Assembly: GCA_964016885.1 (NCBI GenBank) | Contig: OZ024740.1 | Span: 292,950,001-293,014,000 of the forward strand | DNA length: 64,000 nt | DNA from: Eledone cirrhosa | Lineage: Eukaryota | Direction: 5' to 3' | Shown here: piece after piece, positions 48,733-62,725 of the stretch | How the letters are laid out: each line of letters starts with the position of its first letter | Numbering within the stretch: position 1 is the first letter of the stretch | The notes under the pieces: generated by a model | Told to the model about the DNA's origin: nothing | What the model saw: only the letters and a program-made list of their open reading frames with translations | Database searches by the model: none | Made by a program: the position numbers and the translations under genes

Positions 48733-49142
48733 TACGAGGGCAATCCCAAAAGTAAGGTCTCCTTCCGATATTGCAACTTCCGATATTGAAACTTTTCCGT
48801 TAAAATCCTGTGGATGATGCTTCGGGAAACCTCAGGAACCAAAATGCAGAGAGCATCCAGAGTGATCCGCCGATATTTACTCATGTTTTCCTCGGAAGGA
48901 GACCTAACTTTTGGGATTGCCCTCGTATATATTAACTGCGCGAAATTCGCACTTGGCGGTGGCGTTCAACGGGAGCTCCATTGTCAACGGCTGCCAAGCC
49001 AAGATTGAGCATCCCAGCGAAGCACGCGCATGCTTGTTTGGGAGTGAAGGAAGCACCAATCACAACAGTGCTGCCAACAGCCGTACGAACAGTTTCTCTG
49101 CGTCCCCATCGCTTTGGAGACCTTACTTTTGGGATTACCCTC

Positions 49143-49145
<3 letters not shown>
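48733..49145. mobile_element. Mariner-derived MITE (48733-48927) plus an adjacent second terminal fragment
   Basis: TIR TACGAGGGCAATCCCAAAAGTAAGGTCTCC with inverted matches ending near 48927 and 49145; internal transposase remnant RRITLDAL...VSRSIIHRILTEKFQYRK. Confidence 0.8.
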
Positions 49146-49184
<39 letters not shown>

Positions 49185-49201
49185 ATACATATATATATAA
49201 A

Positions 49202-49282
<81 letters not shown>

Positions 49283-49307
49283 TATATTTATGTATTTATG
49301 TATATAC

Positions 49308-49353
<46 letters not shown>

Positions 49354-49370
49354 ATACATATATATATAAA

Positions 49371-49449
<79 letters not shown>

Positions 49450-49678
49450 TATATTTATGTATTTATGTATATACAGGTATATATATATATATATATATAT
49501 AGTGTATATGTATGCTGGGCGCACAGGCATTAGGATGTGTGTTTTCCTGCCAGCGACATATCAAATATATCGATTTTCATCAACAGCAAATGCATGAAGG
49601 ACATCTCAATTGCATGGAGAACCGTGGAAATAATTATTATGATTAAACGATATATGTAACCTCAGCATCTTATTTTGT

Positions 49679-49714
<36 letters not shown>

Positions 49715-49717
<3 letters not shown>

Positions 49718-52180
49718 AGGTGACTTTTATTGTAGAACAATAAAACTATGCATATATCTGATAAGTAGCACTCAACAGTTGATAGAACTGGAGTATATAT
49801 AGAAGAAATTAAAAGATGGTTAAAAAAGTTCCATATATTTTATTATGCGCATTTCAAAAACAAATATCATCCTGGGACGATATGATGCCTAAAAACACTT
49901 GTGAACAAGAAAGTGTCTTCAACATATGACAAAAAATATAAAGGGAGAGAGAAGATTGTTACAAAGAAAGAAAAGGAAAAAGACATAAAAGAGAAGGAGA
50001 AAATAACGGAGTAAAAATTAAGAAGGAGGAGGAGAAAGAAAGAGAAAGGAGAGAGAGAGAGACTTTTGATCGGGAAACGCTGTCAAAAATGAAAAACAGC
50101 TGTGAATAACGGCTGAAAAATATAAATAAATTTAATAAATTGATGAGGTTTATGGGCTTAGATTACAAATATAGAAACTAGGTATATTATTTATTTTGGG
50201 TTTATATACTAAAAAAAAATTGATTAAGAGGTGTGAAAATGTATTAATAAAATAAAATTAAATTAAATGATTTATAACCGTAGAAGACCATATAACGTCA
50301 AAGTTTGTTTAAACAGAGTGTATTGAGAAATGTGAGAAAAATGTGTAGAAAATAATAGTCAAACCATGTCAAAAATTAAAAATTGACTATTAAAAATTAT
50401 AAATTATATATAAAAAATTATATATGTGGGAAAACTATTTAAATATTTAAATATTATTTTAATGGACAAGTAAATAAAGGAAAATGTTAGAATGATTTAA
50501 GCGTAGAAAAAAGCGTAGAAAAAGCGTAGAATAAAACATATGATGTCATAGTTTGTTTACAAAATCTACGAATGTTTATACTGAAAATTTGATGTGATAA
50601 AGGAAGAAAAGTGAGCGGCTTAAAAATAGTGAGAAAAAGAATATAATTGTTTCTACTTTTGGCACAAGGCCATCAATTACCCAGTACATTACTGGTACTT
50701 TATTTTATCGACCCCGTAAGGATGAAAGGCAAAGTTAACCTCGATGGGATTTGAACTCAGACCGTAAAGGGACGTAACTATGCTGGAAAGCATGGCGTCC
50801 GACCCTCTACTGATACTGCCAAATGAACTATTTAAATATTATTTTGTATCAATAAGTAGATAAAGGAAATTGCTAGAGTGATTTAAAGCGTAGAAAACGT
50901 CATAGTTTGTTTAAAACTTTGTAGAATGTACTGAAATATGCGAGAAAAATGAGTGAAAAGATATTTGTGTAAAAATATATATATGTGTAGAAAATTTTAA
51001 CCTTTATTCGTGGAATAAGATATAGGGTATTCTCTATATACATGCGAAATGATCTAAGAGATTTATGGATGCAGAGACCAAATAAATCTGTGCGTCTATT
51101 TATTATAGAGTTGAAATTCGAGATAATGGTAAATTTTTCAGCTAGACATAAATTACAAGCCCTAGATATGGAAGCATTAGAATATGGAGAAGCATTGCAT
51201 ATTTTACGCCAAGAAATTTTGTAATTAATGTTTTTGTCTTTTAAGGACCAGATAAGTGTTTGTCCTTTTAAGTGGATATTTAAATGAGGAAGAATGGTTA
51301 TATAGTCTTGCCTTAAAAGAAGTAGAAGTAGAGCCAATGTAGGTATAAGTATTGGTACTAGTTAGCACTTTACATTCGTATACTAGATTTTTATCGAGAC
51401 AGAAATTAAGAGGACATTTAGTTCTATTAGGGCAGTTGCATTTACGATTAATATTATTAACAGAGATATCTGCAAGTGGCCCAGAATTAATTATAATAGG
51501 AATTGTAGTGGTGGAATTAGCTAAAGGAGGTGCTAATGTTTCTTTATTTAGATTACTATTTGAAGCATTCATCAAAGTTACGTTTGACGTCGTATTTATA
51601 TTTAAGTTATCTTACCTAGAGTTTACATTGACGCCGGTCCTTATATTGTTATTATTATGACTCTCAAGGTTGGATGCATATGAGTTATTATTTAATATTT
51701 TAGTATAATGTTTTGAGATAATGTTAGAAATGTTGGAAGTGGTGGAATATGAGAATTTAATGGTATGCTTATTTAAAATCCTACTATAAATATGTGAAGA
51801 AGGGAAGCAATTATCTAATGCCTTAAAAATAATTTAGGGATATTACTAATAAGTGAAAGAGAGAATGGAGCGTTGTACTAAATGATATTTTTATATCTAG
51901 GTCTCCTCTTTATGTGAGTGGTATTCTTTTAACTAGCTATGTTACTATAAGTTCTGCCAAGATTGTTTTCCTTAGTGAATTTAATTTTGTCTGGATATCC
52001 AGCTCTGGATAGCGCATTATTGTAATAGTTGGCGTTGGCATCAAAGATAAGTTTATTAGAAGATAGATTAGAGATTCTTTTTTCAACATTTCTGACTATA
52101 GCAGTTTTAACATTAATAGGGTGGTTTGATTTAAAGTTTACATAATTTAGGTTCTCATTATCCTTATGGTAGACATGACA
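49715..52180 (-). mobile_element. 5'-truncated Penelope-like element (RT thumb, linker, GIY-YIG, AT-rich 3' UTR)
   Basis: YVNFKSNHPINVKTAIVRNVEKRISNLSS, KCNCPNRTKCPL..CLDKNLVYECKV...TYIGSTSTSFKARLYNH, CNLCLAEK. Interrupted by a SINE at 50645-50822. Confidence 0.8.
50645..50822 (-). mobile_element. Nin-type tRNA SINE inserted in the PLE 3' UTR
   Basis: Same consensus as 43442-43633. Confidence 0.8.
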
Positions 52181-52185
52181 ACTGC

Positions 52186-52518
52186 TGCAGACTAGCCAAC
52201 TGCCCCATCAACGACACAGACCTATGCCACCAGGCTTACGTCGTATACAGACTAGAGTGTGACAAATGCAACAACTTCTACGTAGGTAGCACCACCAGAC
52301 CACTCCACATAAGAATAAAAGAACACCTCAATACTAACGCTTCCTCATTTAAGAAACACCTAGTTAAATGCAAAAACACCGACAAAACCATAACAGTTAG
52401 GATAGAAACTAAGGAAAGAAACCTCGGCAATCTTAGAATTAAGGAAGCACTAATTATAGATAAAACACAACCACCAATCAATAATAGACTAGAACTCAAC
52501 ACCCAATTTAGAACCTGA
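52186..52518 (+). pseudogene. Penelope-like GIY-YIG endonuclease fragment (not in the ORF track)
   Basis: Open frame CRLANCPINDTDLCHQAYVVYRLECDKCNNFYVGSTTRPLHIRIKEH...LRIKEALIIDKTQPPINNRLELN*. Confidence 0.85.
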
Positions 52519-53525
52519 TAGGGCTTCTAGCCCCATATTTACCCCCCCCCCCCACACACACACACGCTTACACCTCCACCTATTCTCTCTCACACATACA
52601 CACACAAAACCAGTTCTAACACCAGATAACACCTATCCCCCACATTTACGAATAGACTTATCTTCTCACACTCACACACTCACATACTTACACCTTCATG
52701 CGTTCTCCCACACGCTTAAACAGGCATGTATATAAAAAATAAAAAAAACCCTGAACAAACCCCCTTTAAAGGGAGACTACTCTTTATCCATCTAATTTTA
52801 ACTCTTTGACATTAGAGATAGAACAGATACTCTATACTATTTCCTGTCAGCATGGCTTGGCAAGATATTTAGAAGGCTGGTTTGAGACCTTTATTTCCCT
52901 CTGAAGAAGAGATATTAAGGACATTAAGGACATTTAAATAAATCTAAGGTAAAAGACGATTTGTCAACAATATCTTTTGCAATTGCATTCTTTTTTCTAT
53001 GTCCATACCTGCATTGTTTTGGCTTTATTATACATATTCAAACGTTTATATATATATATATATATATATATAAAGTAGGTGTTAGTTAATCACCGGCTCT
53101 ATTATATGCAGGATAGAACACTCAACGAAGTAAACAAATAGTTCTTAGAACAGATTAAACGTATAAGCAACGAATTTCTGCTTTCACCGGAAGCAGGATC
53201 ATCTGAGACTCGTCTGTTTCAGATGACCGCACTTAGGGTGAAAGCAGAAACGTTTGCTTCAACTTTTAATCTGTAAATACAATATTTGCTCCATAGGTAT
53301 ATTGGGTCCTCTTTGGATTTTGGTCTTTTTCTTTATTATTACTACACACACACACACACTCACACACACACATACACACACACACAAACACACACACATA
53401 TATATATATGTATATAATTATTTCTACTTTTGGCACAAGACCAGCAATTATCCTAGTGTATTACTGGCACTTTATTTTATGGACCCCGTAAGGATGAAAG
53501 GCAAAGTTAACCTCGGCGGTTATAC

Positions 53526-53560
<35 letters not shown>

Positions 53561-53567
53561 CATATAT

Positions 53568-53606
<39 letters not shown>

Positions 53607-53746
53607 GTTATACTTCTATATAAATATAAATAAGATAATGGTAATATTGTATATTACACGATTACCAGTACGATAATTAGTTCAATATAATATATCAGAT
53701 ATACTACAGAGCAGAAATACAGTATATGAAATACAATTTGTGTTGT

Positions 53747-53930
<184 letters not shown>

Positions 53931-53960
53931 AAAGAATAGAGGTGTAACACACGAGTTGTG

Positions 53961-54347
53961 ATATATTAGTAAAAGGAAAAGAATATGGTGACAAATTGTT
54001 CCCAGTGAAAAATAGTTTAATTAGGAATAAGTAAAAATTAGTAATAAGTATTGGTTAGTATTCAGTTTTGGTTTTAAGTTTTACCGGTTGCGCATTTCTA
54101 ATGCTTTTCAAGAATAATTTTGAGATAGAGCGTCCGTGATGTTTGCTCTAATCAGATTAGAGCAAACATCACGGGCGCTCTATCTCAAAATTATTTTTGA
54201 AAAGCATTAGAAATGCGCAACCGGTAAAACTTAAAACCAAAACTGAATACTAACCAATACTTATTACTAATTTTTACTTATTCCTAATTAAACTATTTTT
54301 CACTGGGAACAATTTGTCACAATTTTCTTTTCCTTTTACTAATATAT
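53961..54347. repeat. Near-perfect palindrome, ~190-bp arms, 1-nt centre
   Basis: Centre CTAATC-A-GATTAG at 54154; the right arm runs into (TA)n. Confidence 0.92.
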
Positions 54348-54525
54348 ATATATATATATATCTGTTGGATACCGCTAGACGACGTTATTCGGTGGTGTTT
54401 TGGCATAGCTACGGCTCTCTAAATATTTATTTTAAACAGTATTTCTTTTGAATACGAAATTCCAATACATATCTGTATACAACTATGCCTGAAGCTAAAT
54501 TGTAATTCTATATATATATAAATAA

Positions 54526-54635
<110 letters not shown>

Positions 54636-55144
54636 TTAAGTGCGAATGTGCCTGTGGGATGTACGTGTATACAGTGTGATTATTTTTTCTTTTCATTTGC
54701 TAGTGTTATTGAAAATATGATAAAATATAAAATTTTAGAAACATGATCATCATACATATTAAACATGTATTGATATACCTTAACATAGTATATATGTGTA
54801 TAGGCCTAGAGAGGGATGGGCTCCGTCAGGTGTTGACATGTCTGAGAAACGTCGTATATTAATACGGATACCCTACAACTCTACGGGACCATGTATACAT
54901 ACAAAGGTCAATGTGTACATGTAGACCATGTATACATGGAAAGGTCAATGTGTACATGTAGAAAATGACAAGCACTAAGGGATTTCTCATTCAGTTCAAC
55001 GTGTCTCTGGATTTAGATAACCCGATTCTATGGATCCAAGACAAAGCCAAGGGACAGTTAACGACTAGCTGAGAGAGAGAGGGGGGATAAGTGAGTGAGA
55101 GACAGAGAGAAACAGGTATGGAGTAAGAGAGAGACAGGGAGCGG

Positions 55145-55183
<39 letters not shown>

Positions 55184-55399
55184 CAAGACTGTTTAAATAA
55201 GCTTGCATATGGCTTCAGAGTGAAAATGAATATAGAAAAGACAAAAAAACAGTTTCACTTCAGGCCAAATAGTTATAATGACTGACGTACTACAATACTA
55301 CTGGGTTCTAATTGGCCTAAATAACACGTGACAAAACAGTGATTCTCAAATATTAAGAGTTGAATGAAGTTCATTTTCTTAAAAAATATCTCTTTGTAG

Positions 55400-57068
55400 T
55401 TGTTAATTAGATCTTACTGACAGAGTCATTTCTTATATAGAAAGTAGTCTTTATTCATCATAGGAAGAATATAAGAAAAAATCTAACAATTCCTATTACA
55501 TGCATAGTTTACGTTATAGTGTTTTGACCACTACATCATTCCTCATAGAAATATCGCATCTGGATGACATCTTTCAAAAGCTGTTTATGTTGTGGGTGAC
55601 ATCTTCGGTGTTTATTCCGCAGAGACCGCATCTGTTGTCATAACTATGTTTTGCCCGCCTCCTATCTCTTTGGTACATCACCTATTTCGTTATTATTTCC
55701 TGTTCTTAGATTGCAAAAGCATATCCTTCAAAGTAAGAACCTATATAGTGGTTGTTGATCCAAGATAAACTACTTTGCTTATCTTTATTATTCTCACTTT
55801 GAAACTTTCTGGTAACATAGACATGCATGATCTTTTGATGAGAAACATGCAACCTTTCATCCATGGATTCATTAGCGGTATTGCTGTGCAATTTCCCTGG
55901 AAGTGAGTATTTGGTTATCATGCAGGGAGTAGTTCTCAAGGGACTCCCTGCCAATTCTTATGATGTTATCTGCCTCATGATGTACTTCTACACGTGGTGG
56001 TTCGTAGATGTCGGAGGGATTTGATGCGACACTCAAATGATGTTTGGGCTCATGTTAAGCCTCTTTCCCTCCCCCCTTTATGTTTCAGGTACAGGCGGTT
56101 TGTGTCACTGTTAATGGGGACATTTCCGGTGTCGGTTAGAACTTTTTGGGTTTTAACATCAATGGCTTGGATATCATCTACCGCCCAGTCAAGCATTCCA
56201 AATGTTAGAGTCAGTACATGCACAGCTATTGTGTGCTATTAGATTATTGTGTGCAGAGAATTCAGTAGATCTCATTTTTATTATTCAGATGTTATATTCC
56301 CTGATTATATATTCCTTGTCACAAATACTACCATAGAATATATTTTCATGTATCCCTTAGTATTTGTAGGAGTCCTCGTTATCTACCGGTGAAACAGTCA
56401 CGCCCTTGATAGTGATGTCCTTGCTTTACCATCATGTCGGAACATTTATTCTGGCCTTAACTCCATTCCTATATCTTTCGAGAACGTCGTAACCAGGTCA
56501 AGGATTTACTTCATACCATTTATATTCTTTGCATAAAGTCTTCCACAAAGAAGCTGTGTTAGGTTAGTGTTTATGGCTTCCTGTGAGCCAATTAATATAT
56601 CCTTCACATTTCCTCTGCATAAGGGATAGGGGTTTTACTGATATTATAAGTAGCATCACAGAGAGAATGTGTCCTTGAAATATACCCCTGCGATATTCAA
56701 TTTTATCAATGAGAATATAGTCCTCTTTCTCTGTATTTAAATTCATTATAGTAGTCCCAAAACAAGATAGGTTCTCTATGGCTATGTTAATGGTATTTAG
56801 GTCTTTAGCTCGTTGAAGGGCCTCTAGCATATCAAGAGTGGGGATCAGAAGCGAATGCTTTCCTGTAGTCCAGCCAAATTGTAATCAAGTTAATCTTATG
56901 TCACTGCGACTATGACGTGGTTTTGTTAATTAGGAGTTGTTCAACACATTCCTTTCTTCTCAGCTGCTTGCTCATCTGTGAGGATGTTATAACTGTCACA
57001 GTGTTGTTGGAGAAATAGGTTCAGGCAAGATGTGTACATTTTATACATTAGGTTCTGGCATGCAATAG
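55400..57068 (-). pseudogene. Decayed R4-clade-like LINE (RT and C-terminal region)
   Basis: PIACQNLMYKMYTSCL, WLDYRKAF, YRRGIFQG.ILS, with many frameshifts. Confidence 0.7.
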
Positions 57069-57109
57069 GTATGTATGTATATATGTATGTATGTATCTAT
57101 GTATTTATG

Positions 57110-57690
57110 AATTCTAGGAGAAGGAAAACTCTGATATAACACCTGCAACCCCGATGGTATCCACTGATGTTGACTTGTTCTTCTCTTTGTTAAATATCAT
57201 CTTGGTTAAGAGAGTGGGACTGGCTTTGTGCAGTGCCTTTGCTCACTATAAAAGCTTCATGGCACAGGCTTTATATCTGGAGAGATCTCTGCACTTGTCG
57301 TCACATGGTACCATGGGCCCAGCACTGTGTCAATAAATGTCACAAGTGTAGTGTTTGTACCCGAGTTTTCAAGTCGCTTGCTGGACTAAAAAGTCACACT
57401 CGTTCAGCGCATCGGTAGGGGTTCGCCTACATGGATATAAAGTAGTGGCTGTACTCGAAAACGAGTTGGCAGCCACCATGTATGTATGTATGTATGTGTG
57501 TATGGTCACTCTTGAGTGCTACTGGTAACATGTAACCCATTACGACCTGGCGCATGGTCGGATCGTTGGTGACTAAACCGGCAACCCCACCAAGTTTACT
57601 TGGTGAGGAGGGTAATTTTGGACACGCTGCAGGACAAAAGACAAAACCTGACAAAGAGCAGAAGAACTCTTAAGAGTCAGAGGCCATCCA
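57110..57690 (+). mobile_element. RTE-derived non-autonomous element pieces (3' part, then a new 5' part)
   Basis: 57110-57478 matches 13660-14030; 57555-57690 matches 13480-13615. Confidence 0.7.
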
Positions 57691-59214
57691 AAAATGTGTA
57701 AATATGTATATACATGTATGCATGTGTATATGTGTGTATAGATATGTATATATGTATATACATGTATGCATGTGCATATATAAATATGTACGGGACATAG
57801 AAGTAATCGGGCTGGATACCCAATCGCGCGGTTAAACCAGTGGGAGTGAAGGACCCCTAGCCTAACTCCGACATAAAACCTGTGGTTCAGTAGTTACCGA
57901 TGATGTTGATCTTTTCTTCTTTTCGGGTTATAGCAACAGTCACTCAGAGAATGGCATTGGCTCAGTGCACAGTCTTTTCTTACTTAAAAAACATCTTCAC
58001 GCACAGACATTGCATGATAGCATTAATTAATAATTAGTTACAATGTTATATCGCGCAATGACCATACTCGATAACAAGGGGGCAGCCATCATGTATGTAT
58101 GTATGCATAAAATATATCTAAGGCCTTGCTACCGAATTGTCTTTGGTATCTACTTCTAGTTAGCAAAATTTAACACTCCCATCTCACATAACCTCCATTC
58201 CGACTTTAAATAGAACACTCGCAGTGCATAAGGACTAAAGAAGTATATCATCATATTAAACCCATACCAGGATACTAAACTTAACCTAATACATCGGACA
58301 ATGATCTACATAGCAAAGTATTGAAATTTCTCATTGACATTCAATTATTATTTCTGCAGTCTGTGTAAACTCAGCGAATATTTTATAAATAACATTTCCC
58401 TCGAGAAATCACGGGATATTATTTTTAAATATCATGTAATTTGTTCTGCAGTTGATGCTGGTTTTTATCTTCAATGAGCCATGATCAAATAAACCCATGA
58501 TCAAATATCTTTCAGCCATAACTATTTACTTTGTGTATCCAAAAGTACATCAAGCCATGTGATATTTACAATTTTAACAGGACAGAGTACGATTTGGCTG
58601 ATGTTTCTAGCAATGCATATGCTCAAATTGAAAAGGCCAAGTAACGTCAGTAAAATAAAACGTCATGGATATTGTTTTCACTCAACACCTCACAAAGAAA
58701 AAAAACACGTTTGAAATATGAACTAGAGATGAAGTTTATCAATTGCTGTTGTGATGAAAACATTATCCTCATTAAATGCCACACTGAATTACATGCCTTG
58801 TTTGTTAAGTGATTTCTGATCAGAGCAAAGCTCCACAAGGAATTAAAAATGTAATATAAAGAATATTTTAGTATTGTTCAGTTCTGTAATAGTAGATATA
58901 TTTTGATCGCTTTCATCAGGCAGATGTTTATATATTATATATTATTTTATATCACAATTGATGATCAATAGCGTGGTTCGGTATATATTTCTAACAAGTC
59001 AAACACTAGTTCATTGTATTTCTGACGACGAAAGCGACAAAGAGGTTTCGTTAACAGGAGCCTAAATAAATATTTCGAGGGACTTCGTTCGCGCAACATC
59101 GAGGAGATTTTGGGCTTTATTGTCGGTTATATTTTTCGTTGATATATAGTTCGGAGAAACACAAACACATACACACTCACAAACACACATGCACACACAT
59201 AAATAACAGATACG

Positions 59215-59246
<32 letters not shown>

Positions 59247-59430
59247 CATGCAAACACAACCACAAACACACAAGCACCACACACAAGCACACACAAGCAC
59301 ACACATATACACACAAACACACACACGTAGACACAAATCCACACAAGTATAAACCGGATTACCTGTCTTTCCTTCAGACTATGGAAAGTTATACGTCTCT
59401 TCCCTATTTTCTCTTCACTATAACTGTACT

Positions 59431-59732
59431 CAGAGTAGGAACCTTAAGTTCACGTGGCCAGAGTAGGAACCTTAAGTTCACGTGGCCAGAGTAGGAACCT
59501 TAAGTTCACGTGGCCAGAGTAGGAACCTTAAGTGCACGTGGCCAGAGTAGGAACCTTAAGTTCACGTGGCCAGAGTAGGAACCTTAAGTTCACGTGGCCA
59601 GAGTAGGAACCTTAAGTGCACGTGGCCAGAGTAGGAACCTTAAGTGCACGTGGCCAGAGTAGGAACCTTAAGTTCACGTGGCCAGAGTAGGAACCTTAAG
59701 TGCACGTGGCCAGAGTAGGAACCTTAAGTGCA
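59431..59732. repeat. 28-bp minisatellite, 10 full units + partial
   Basis: Unit CAGAGTAGGAACCTTAAGT(T/G)CACGTGGC; no spacers. Confidence 0.95.
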
Positions 59733-59794
59733 ATGTTGATCTCAACGGGATTTAAACACAAAATGTAGAAAGTCGAAACTAAATACTGCAATCT

Positions 59795-60310
59795 ATTTTG
59801 TCAGATACTCTATCGATACAGATAATCTACCACCTTTTTGTCAGATACTCCAGCGATACAACTAATCTACTACCGTTTTGTCATAATCCAACGATACTGG
59901 TAATCCACCACGCTTTTTTGTCAGATACTCTAGCGATACAACTAATCTACTACCGTTTTGTCATAATCCAACGATACTGGTAATCCACCACGCTTTTTTG
60001 TCAGATACTCTAGCAATACTGCTAATCTACCACCTTATTTGTCCGACACACTAGCGATACAACTAATCCACTGCCGTTTAGTCAGATAATTTAACAATAC
60101 TGCTAATCTACCACATTTTTGTCAGATAATCTAACGATACTGCTAATCTACCACCTTTTTTGTCAGTTACTCTTGCGCTACAAATAACCGTATTGTCAGA
60201 TAATTTCACGATACTGCTAATCCAGCATGTTTTCTTTCAGATACTCTAGCGATACTGTTAATCTACCACCTTTTTTGTCAGATGCTCTTGCGATACTGCT
60301 AATCCACTGT
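59795..60310 (-). repeat. Degenerate ~40-bp tandem array resembling the SINE head
   Basis: Unit TTTTGTCAGATACTCTAGCGATACTGCTAATCTACCAC; its reverse complement resembles the SINE head GTGGATTGGCAGTATCGGTAGAGGGTCGGAC. Confidence 0.7.
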
Positions 60311-60939
60311 TTTTTCTGCTGTTGTTAATGTAGATTTAGAACTATTGATAAAAAAAGTAGAGCGGTCTAATAAGACAGTCTTTAATTTGTCCGCCTACGA
60401 TTTGTACTCAAATCCTTACGGACATTACACGTTACAACTCTCCAGGGTCGATAACAAAGTAGTTGAGTCGATTTAATCAACTATATATATCTCTAATATA
60501 TGTGCGTTATTGTATCTTGTGCCAATACAAGAAAACAAGAAATCAATACCGAATCATTTTGACGTAAGGAGAAGGCATTATTTTAGTGACGACAATGAAT
60601 AATCGATCTTTTTATCCATCTTGACTGAATTTGCATTTACAAGTCTGTGGAGTCTAAATAATCGGGTTTTCAATTCTTTTTATTGGTCTCACTTCCATCA
60701 TATTCCACTCAGAACACCACCAGCACAACCTCCACTAGAACTGTCGACCTTCCCCAGACATCACTCTCCGCGCCACCACCGCCCGCCCTCTTAGGTCCTA
60801 ATACTAGTAGAAGGATAAAAGATAGCTATCCTCAGACGGATGTTCCCCCAATATTTGCAATGGCGGCTGTATTACTAAACACCCCCAAAGGTCCCGACGG
60901 TGGTTTTAAAAAGGGGACGGATTAAGAAAACCATAAGAA

Positions 60940-61007
<68 letters not shown>

Positions 61008-61199
61008 TACATATACGCAACATATACACACATATATATATAGATGTATATGTACATGGACATATACATGTATGTATATTTATATGTATCAGCTTCTGTC
61101 AAATGTGTTTTCCTATTTCAAGCTTTAATTAATAGTTCAAACAAATTACATACGAAAAGGTTTATTCATCAAAATATATCCCCTCATATTCTATTGTTT

Positions 61200-61760
61200 G
61201 TTGCCATTGCTGTACGAGAAGCTCAATTCCATGCACTTGTTTTCAACTTCATCTACGCAGGAAATGAGACATGGCTCGGTAAAGGTGGAGGCCTGGACTT
61301 GTAGGCAGGGCGAGGCCGCATTTCCAACCCTCAAGTTCCTCAAACCTGCACTTCGTCACATTGGCTGTGTGTTCTGGCGCATTGTCATATTGTAGTAGTG
61401 TGCGCGTTTGATTGATCAATGCGGGGTAGCGAGGTTTCAAAGCATCACATACTTGCTGCATTTGTCGAGCATACAAGTTATCGTTCAAAGCATGACCATC
61501 TGAGACAAGCTCAATGTGCAACACCACCACGAAATTCCACCAAACGCACAACATGACCTTCTGAAGGCTGGTTAGAACGAAGCCATTGATTCCTATTTTT
61601 TGGAATCAGTTAAAATTCGACCCTCCCCCCCGGGCATCTGAGGATTTGTCAACATTTGTTTGCAAATGGTAACACATCGTTTAACCTGGTGATTAGTCAG
61701 CTCATGAGGAACTTCTCTACAGTGTCTGTTTAGAAGGCCAAACTTATGGAGGCGTCAATA
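61200..61760 (-). pseudogene. Mariner transposase catalytic-domain relic
   Basis: KVMLCVWWN...LLQYDNAPEHTANVTK, the region around the second catalytic Asp of mariner. Confidence 0.8.
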
Positions 61761-62362
61761 GAATTGCAAAAAAGACAATAAAATAAAATAAAATAAAATA
61801 AAATAAAATAGCAACAACGAAAAGCTATTCCAGTACACGACAAATATCATATTTTATTTATTTCAGTGAAGTAATTTGATTATACTTTCTGAAATTAAAT
61901 GTTAAGCCTAACTGAACTGTTTTCGTTTTCTTGCGGATGGAACCTCCGGGATATGTAGAGTCATATTTGTATGTATAGCACCATAACTCCCAATGGAGTC
62001 GTAGGCGCGCCTTGGTGACTACAACATGTGATGGACATTTCAAACAGGGTAGACCCCATCCCACACCAGGTCTGGACAGAGAAGAAGAGAAGATGAGGTA
62101 GTGATATATAAGAAGTTCAGAAAGAGATATAGAGAAAGAATCGACACCAGTCATGGGCTGGTACTTTTTTACCTGATAAAGGTTGACTTAGAGCTAAACA
62201 ATAACAACAACAGTAACAACAACAGTAAAATATCAACAGCAACAGCAACAATAACAACAAGAAAAGCAACAACATGAAAATTAGTGTTTCATGAAACTAA
62301 TAACAATCGTAGTTTAGAATTATAGCGGAGAAACCATATTTTATACTGAATTCTCTTTAAGG

Positions 62363-62725
62363 CCGTGGTTCCCAAACTTTCTTTCTCACGACCGCATTTT
62401 CGGAATGAAAATTTGCTCGCACCTCACCAGATTTTATGTGATAAAAATTACATTTAAAAATGCAAAAAACAACGACTGATGGTGCGTTAAATATAATACA
62501 TAACATGAATAACTTATAATATGATTAAAGTACACAAATTTAATGAAAGGTACGAGTTTGCTTTTGACAAGTAATCTCCTTTATATTAGACTTAATTTGA
62601 GATAAACAAACTCTCATCTAATTTATTTTTGGTATATGAATTTTTTGAAACTGTTTCTAAATCTTTGATTGTTTTTCAATCATTCCACCGCGCCTGCTAT
62701 CTTCTTCCGCATTTGGGAACCATTA
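62363..62725. mobile_element. hAT (Charlie-like) MITE
   Basis: TIRs CCGTGGTTCCCAAA / TTTGGGAACCATTA flanked by the 8-bp TSD CTTTAAGG (62355-62362 and 62726-62733). Confidence 0.8.

Noticed and set aside
52891-52980. CTGAAGA-AGAGATATT...AATATCT downstream of the plus-strand GIY-YIG
   Set aside because: The GAAA and cleavage-site half is missing.
53165-53259. Hairpin with CAGATGA...GAAA words
   Set aside because: The core has A at the conserved U4 position and no convincing stem I; not called as a ribozyme.
59431-59732. 28-bp repeat with palindromes resembling a CRISPR array
   Set aside because: Units are contiguous with no unique spacers, there are no cas genes, and the context is eukaryotic.
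60683-60925. GC-richer 80-aa ORF
   Set aside because: No recognisable motif or splice context; probably a TE fragment that I cannot assign.
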